This document shows, piece after piece, positions 61,393 through 64,000 of a stretch of 64,000 nt of DNA. This stretch comes from Nitrospinaceae bacterium. GTDB lineage: Bacteria; Nitrospinota; Nitrospinia; Nitrospinales; Nitrospinaceae. Position numbers and translations under genes: made by a program. Position 1 is the first letter of the stretch, and every line of letters starts with the position of its first letter. The notes beneath the pieces were generated by a model. The model was given only the letters and a program-made list of their open reading frames with translations, made no database searches and was not told where the DNA came from. Location: assembly GCA_965223665.1 (NCBI GenBank), contig OZ245011.1, positions 1,088,001 through 1,152,000 of the forward strand. Reading direction: 5' to 3'.

Positions 61393-64000
61393 TTAATATT
61401 GATCAATCTCTTTCCATTGAGTCCCGTTAAAGAAATTTAGTTTATCGGTATTGATATTATAGATCACTAAACCTTCAGGAATATTATCCATCAAATCTCT
61501 TTGCCCTTGATACATTCTTGGAGGAAGAAACCCTTGATCCGTAGAGTCTACACCCAATATAACATTAGGATGTTGAGGTGAGATATCATTTCCTATTTGC
61601 AGTCCCTCATCGGAAAAGAAATTTCCGTTGGATCCCATTAATACTTTTGCGGGGGCATTCCAAATATTGGTGGATGATGCATAAGAAGTATGAAAACCAT
61701 AAAACTCTGATTCTGAATTTGAATTCTCCAAGTCTCTTATGTTTCCTTCAAACGGAAGATTATAGAATCGATTTTGTGCATTTGACCACAATCCCCATTT
61801 ATCAGTGGAATCAATAATTACCGCTGTAGAGTATTTTCTAGGAACATTCCCTTCATATGGAGATTCCTGCAGAAAAATATCATTTATCGAACAATGGAAA
61901 CAGATATTGTTTCTACCACTTTCAATATGTAATCCAACGTTCATAAAGTTCATTGTGATATTTTCTAAATGATTCTTATTAAATCCATTGGATCCCTCTA
62001 CCCCACTGGCTAAATAAGCTCCTCGGGTCATTAAGCGAAAGGAAACACTGGATAAAGTATTTTGCTCACAGACACTGGTGCCAGGGCCGCACATCATTAA
62101 AATACCTTCCCTTGCGTTTCCAATATGAACATTTTCAATCGTATTGTGAATTAATTGAACGGAAGTATTGGTGTCCTGCATGTGTTCAGGAATCATACCA
62201 ATTCCAATAACTCCGTTAGACCAATCCCTATAATCCACTCCACCATGTATTGTTAAATCTTTTATGGTGACATAACTTGTTGAAATTCGAATCATGACCA
62301 AGTCTTTTGATCCACCTTTGAGGACCGTTGCTTTACCAGAGCCACGTATTGTAATTCTGTTATTTTTATTTGTTTCAGAAGGTTGATCGCTGGAATCATT
62401 TTCTGATCTTAAGAAAATGCCATTTTTCATTACTTTTCCTTCATACGTATCACCTGAGCCGGTTTTTCCTTTAATCAAATATTGACCCGGTGGGAAATAC
62501 ACTGTTCCGCCTCCGAAATTATTTTCATATAAGGAATCCACGGCTGCTTGAATAGCTGAGGTATCATCGTTACTGCCATCTCCTTTGGCACCAAAGTCTT
62601 TAACATTTACAAAATAGTCGCTAGATGAACCTACCTCTTCTTGAATCACCGTCACCATCTGCGTATCATTACTTGAGTTTCCTACGTGGTCTGTCGCAGT
62701 CCATGTAACCGTAGTTGTTCCCAAGGGGAACATAGAGGGGGCATTATTGGTGACAGTATTCACTTCTACGTTATCTGTTACCGAGGGACTACCCAATTCT
62801 ACATTGGCTTCAGAATCAAGAGTGGTCACACTGACATTCACAGGGGCATTTATTAGAGGGGGTGTTGTATCCTGAATTGTAATTTTCTGCATATCGGTTC
62901 CAACATTGCCTGAAGTATCCGTCGCCGTCCACATTACATCAGTTGTACCTAAAGGAAATTGAGAGGGTGAATCACTGGTAATAGAGGCAACCGCTACATC
63001 GTCAGTGGCACTTGCAGTGCCGATATCAATTTGACTGAGATGGCCCGTGGCTTCAACAACCATATCAGAAGGTGCCGAAACTACAGGTGGAAGCGTGTCG
63101 TCTCCTGAGGACTGAGGAAGGACATATTCAATCTTGAGTTCGGGGTGCTCACCTGTATTAGCTTCTCTCGACCTTAAATCAATTCCATCATTGGTTCCAC
63201 TGGATTTAATTATAAACCCATTATTTGCAACATTTCCACTGACCCAATCTTGAACCACCTGGACGCCAGCTGCATTTAAATTCAGCGTGTGACCTAAACC
63301 AGAATTAGGAGCTATAATTCCTAAGATTTCGGTTCCCACTGATCCATTTTGAATTATACTTTCCCAACTTGCATCGGCTTCTGTCCATGGGGTATTTACT
63401 TGATATATCCAATACTCCCCAGTACTTTGATTAAAAATATCTAGCTTAATTGAAACAGACTTAATTAAAGCCTTAGAAGGAATGCTTGAAATATCCCATG
63501 ACAACAAAGACGAAACGGGACCAAACTTTCCATTAACTGGATCTAAGTCCACTTCATCAGCAAGCAAATCACTCAATGTTCCATAACTTTCTTGCGGCGA
63601 GGTTTTTCGAATACATGCGTCTTTAGTGCCTTTGTAAGTAGAGTTTGGAAAAACACCATCTTTAAAACTCATTACTAAATTATCAGATTGTTTTTGCACA
63701 ACTGAAATTGTTTGTGTATCGGTACTTACATTTCCTGATGTATCTACAGCAGACCAGGTTACTGTTGTTGAACCTACTGGAAATACAGAGGGAGCATCAT
63801 TGCTTATTGATTGAACTTCAACGGCATCTGTTGCAGTCGCTTGTCCAATATTTACCGTAGCTTCAGTTCCGTCAATATCAACAGTAATATCAGCAGGAAC
63901 CGTAATTACCGGTGCAGTCGTATCTTGGACTGTAACCTTCTGTTGATCTGTAGCTGTATTCCCTGAGGTATCAGTGGCTGTCCATGTAACTGTAGTTGAC
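61393..64000 (-). CDS. Large HYR/DNRLRE-repeat protein with pectate-lyase-like (tailspike-type) beta-helix; 5' end outside the window
   Basis: Frame is open from 63999 (STTVTWTATDTSGN...) through the track start 63699; FVNVKDFGAKGDGSNDDTSAIQAA..GGGTVYFPPGQY; C-terminal GFLPPRM...GLVIYN...FNGTQW. Confidence 0.85.
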   Translation of the reverse strand, partial: STTVTWTATDTSGNTATDQQKVTVQDTTAPVITVPADITVDIDGTEATVNIGQATATDAVEVQSISNDAPSVFPVGSTTVTWSAVDTSGNVSTDTQTISVVQKQSDNLVMSFKDGVFPNSTYKGTKDACIRKTSPQESYGTLSDLLADEVDLDPVNGKFGPVSSLLSWDISSIPSKALIKSVSIKLDIFNQSTGEYWIYQVNTPWTEADASWESIIQNGSVGTEILGIIAPNSGLGHTLNLNAAGVQVVQDWVSGNVANNGFIIKSSGTNDGIDLRSREANTGEHPELKIEYVLPQSSGDDTLPPVVSAPSDMVVEATGHLSQIDIGTASATDDVAVASITSDSPSQFPLGTTDVMWTATDTSGNVGTDMQKITIQDTTPPLINAPVNVSVTTLDSEANVELGSPSVTDNVEVNTVTNNAPSMFPLGTTTVTWTATDHVGNSSNDTQMVTVIQEEVGSSSDYFVNVKDFGAKGDGSNDDTSAIQAAVDSLYENNFGGGTVYFPPGQYLIKGKTGSGDTYEGKVMKNGIFLRSENDSSDQPSETNKNNRITIRGSGKATVLKGGSKDLVMIRISTSYVTIKDLTIHGGVDYRDWSNGVIGIGMIPEHMQDTNTSVQLIHNTIENVHIGNAREGILMMCGPGTSVCEQNTLSSVSFRLMTRGAYLASGVEGSNGFNKNHLENITMNFMNVGLHIESGRNNICFHCSINDIFLQESPYEGNVPRKYSTAVIIDSTDKWGLWSNAQNRFYNLPFEGNIRDLENSNSESEFYGFHTSYASSTNIWNAPAKVLMGSNGNFFSDEGLQIGNDISPQHPNVILGVDSTDQGFLPPRMYQGQRDLMDNIPEGLVIYNINTDKLNFFNGTQWKEIDQY

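Overview
AT-rich bacterial chromosomal window. The gene content and style resemble a marine Nitrospina-like lineage, but this is inference only. Housekeeping block (43-56 kb): polA, kdsD-like isomerase, alaS, tRNA-Arg(CCG), monomeric icd and a DnaE2-like second polymerase alpha. Accessory content: three large sensor kinases (one lacks its phospho-His), a CheY-like regulator, two FGE/SUMF1-domain proteins, and two giant HYR/DNRLRE-repeat surface proteins (phosphatase-like and tailspike-like). A ~6.1-kb integrase-less islet sits at tRNA-Arg(CCT), bounded by an exact 43-bp direct repeat. A 3041-aa filamentous-haemagglutinin-type adhesin carries 12 FG-GAP repeats and MBG repeats. Two candidate undescribed systems stand out. 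(1) The adhesin C-terminal tail carries an 'LTDLSLEELMEVEI' peptide, which I associate with TonB receptors encoded beside yfiR. It is followed directly by a yfiR-family gene, and a YfiN-type (CHASE8) kinase lies later in the window, suggesting adhesin-coupled YfiR signalling. (2) A signal-peptide-less three-gene operon encodes a mini beta-fibre with an autocleaving chaperone-like domain, a metzincin protease and a HEAT-repeat protein. All family calls come from reading motifs by eye; no searches were run.
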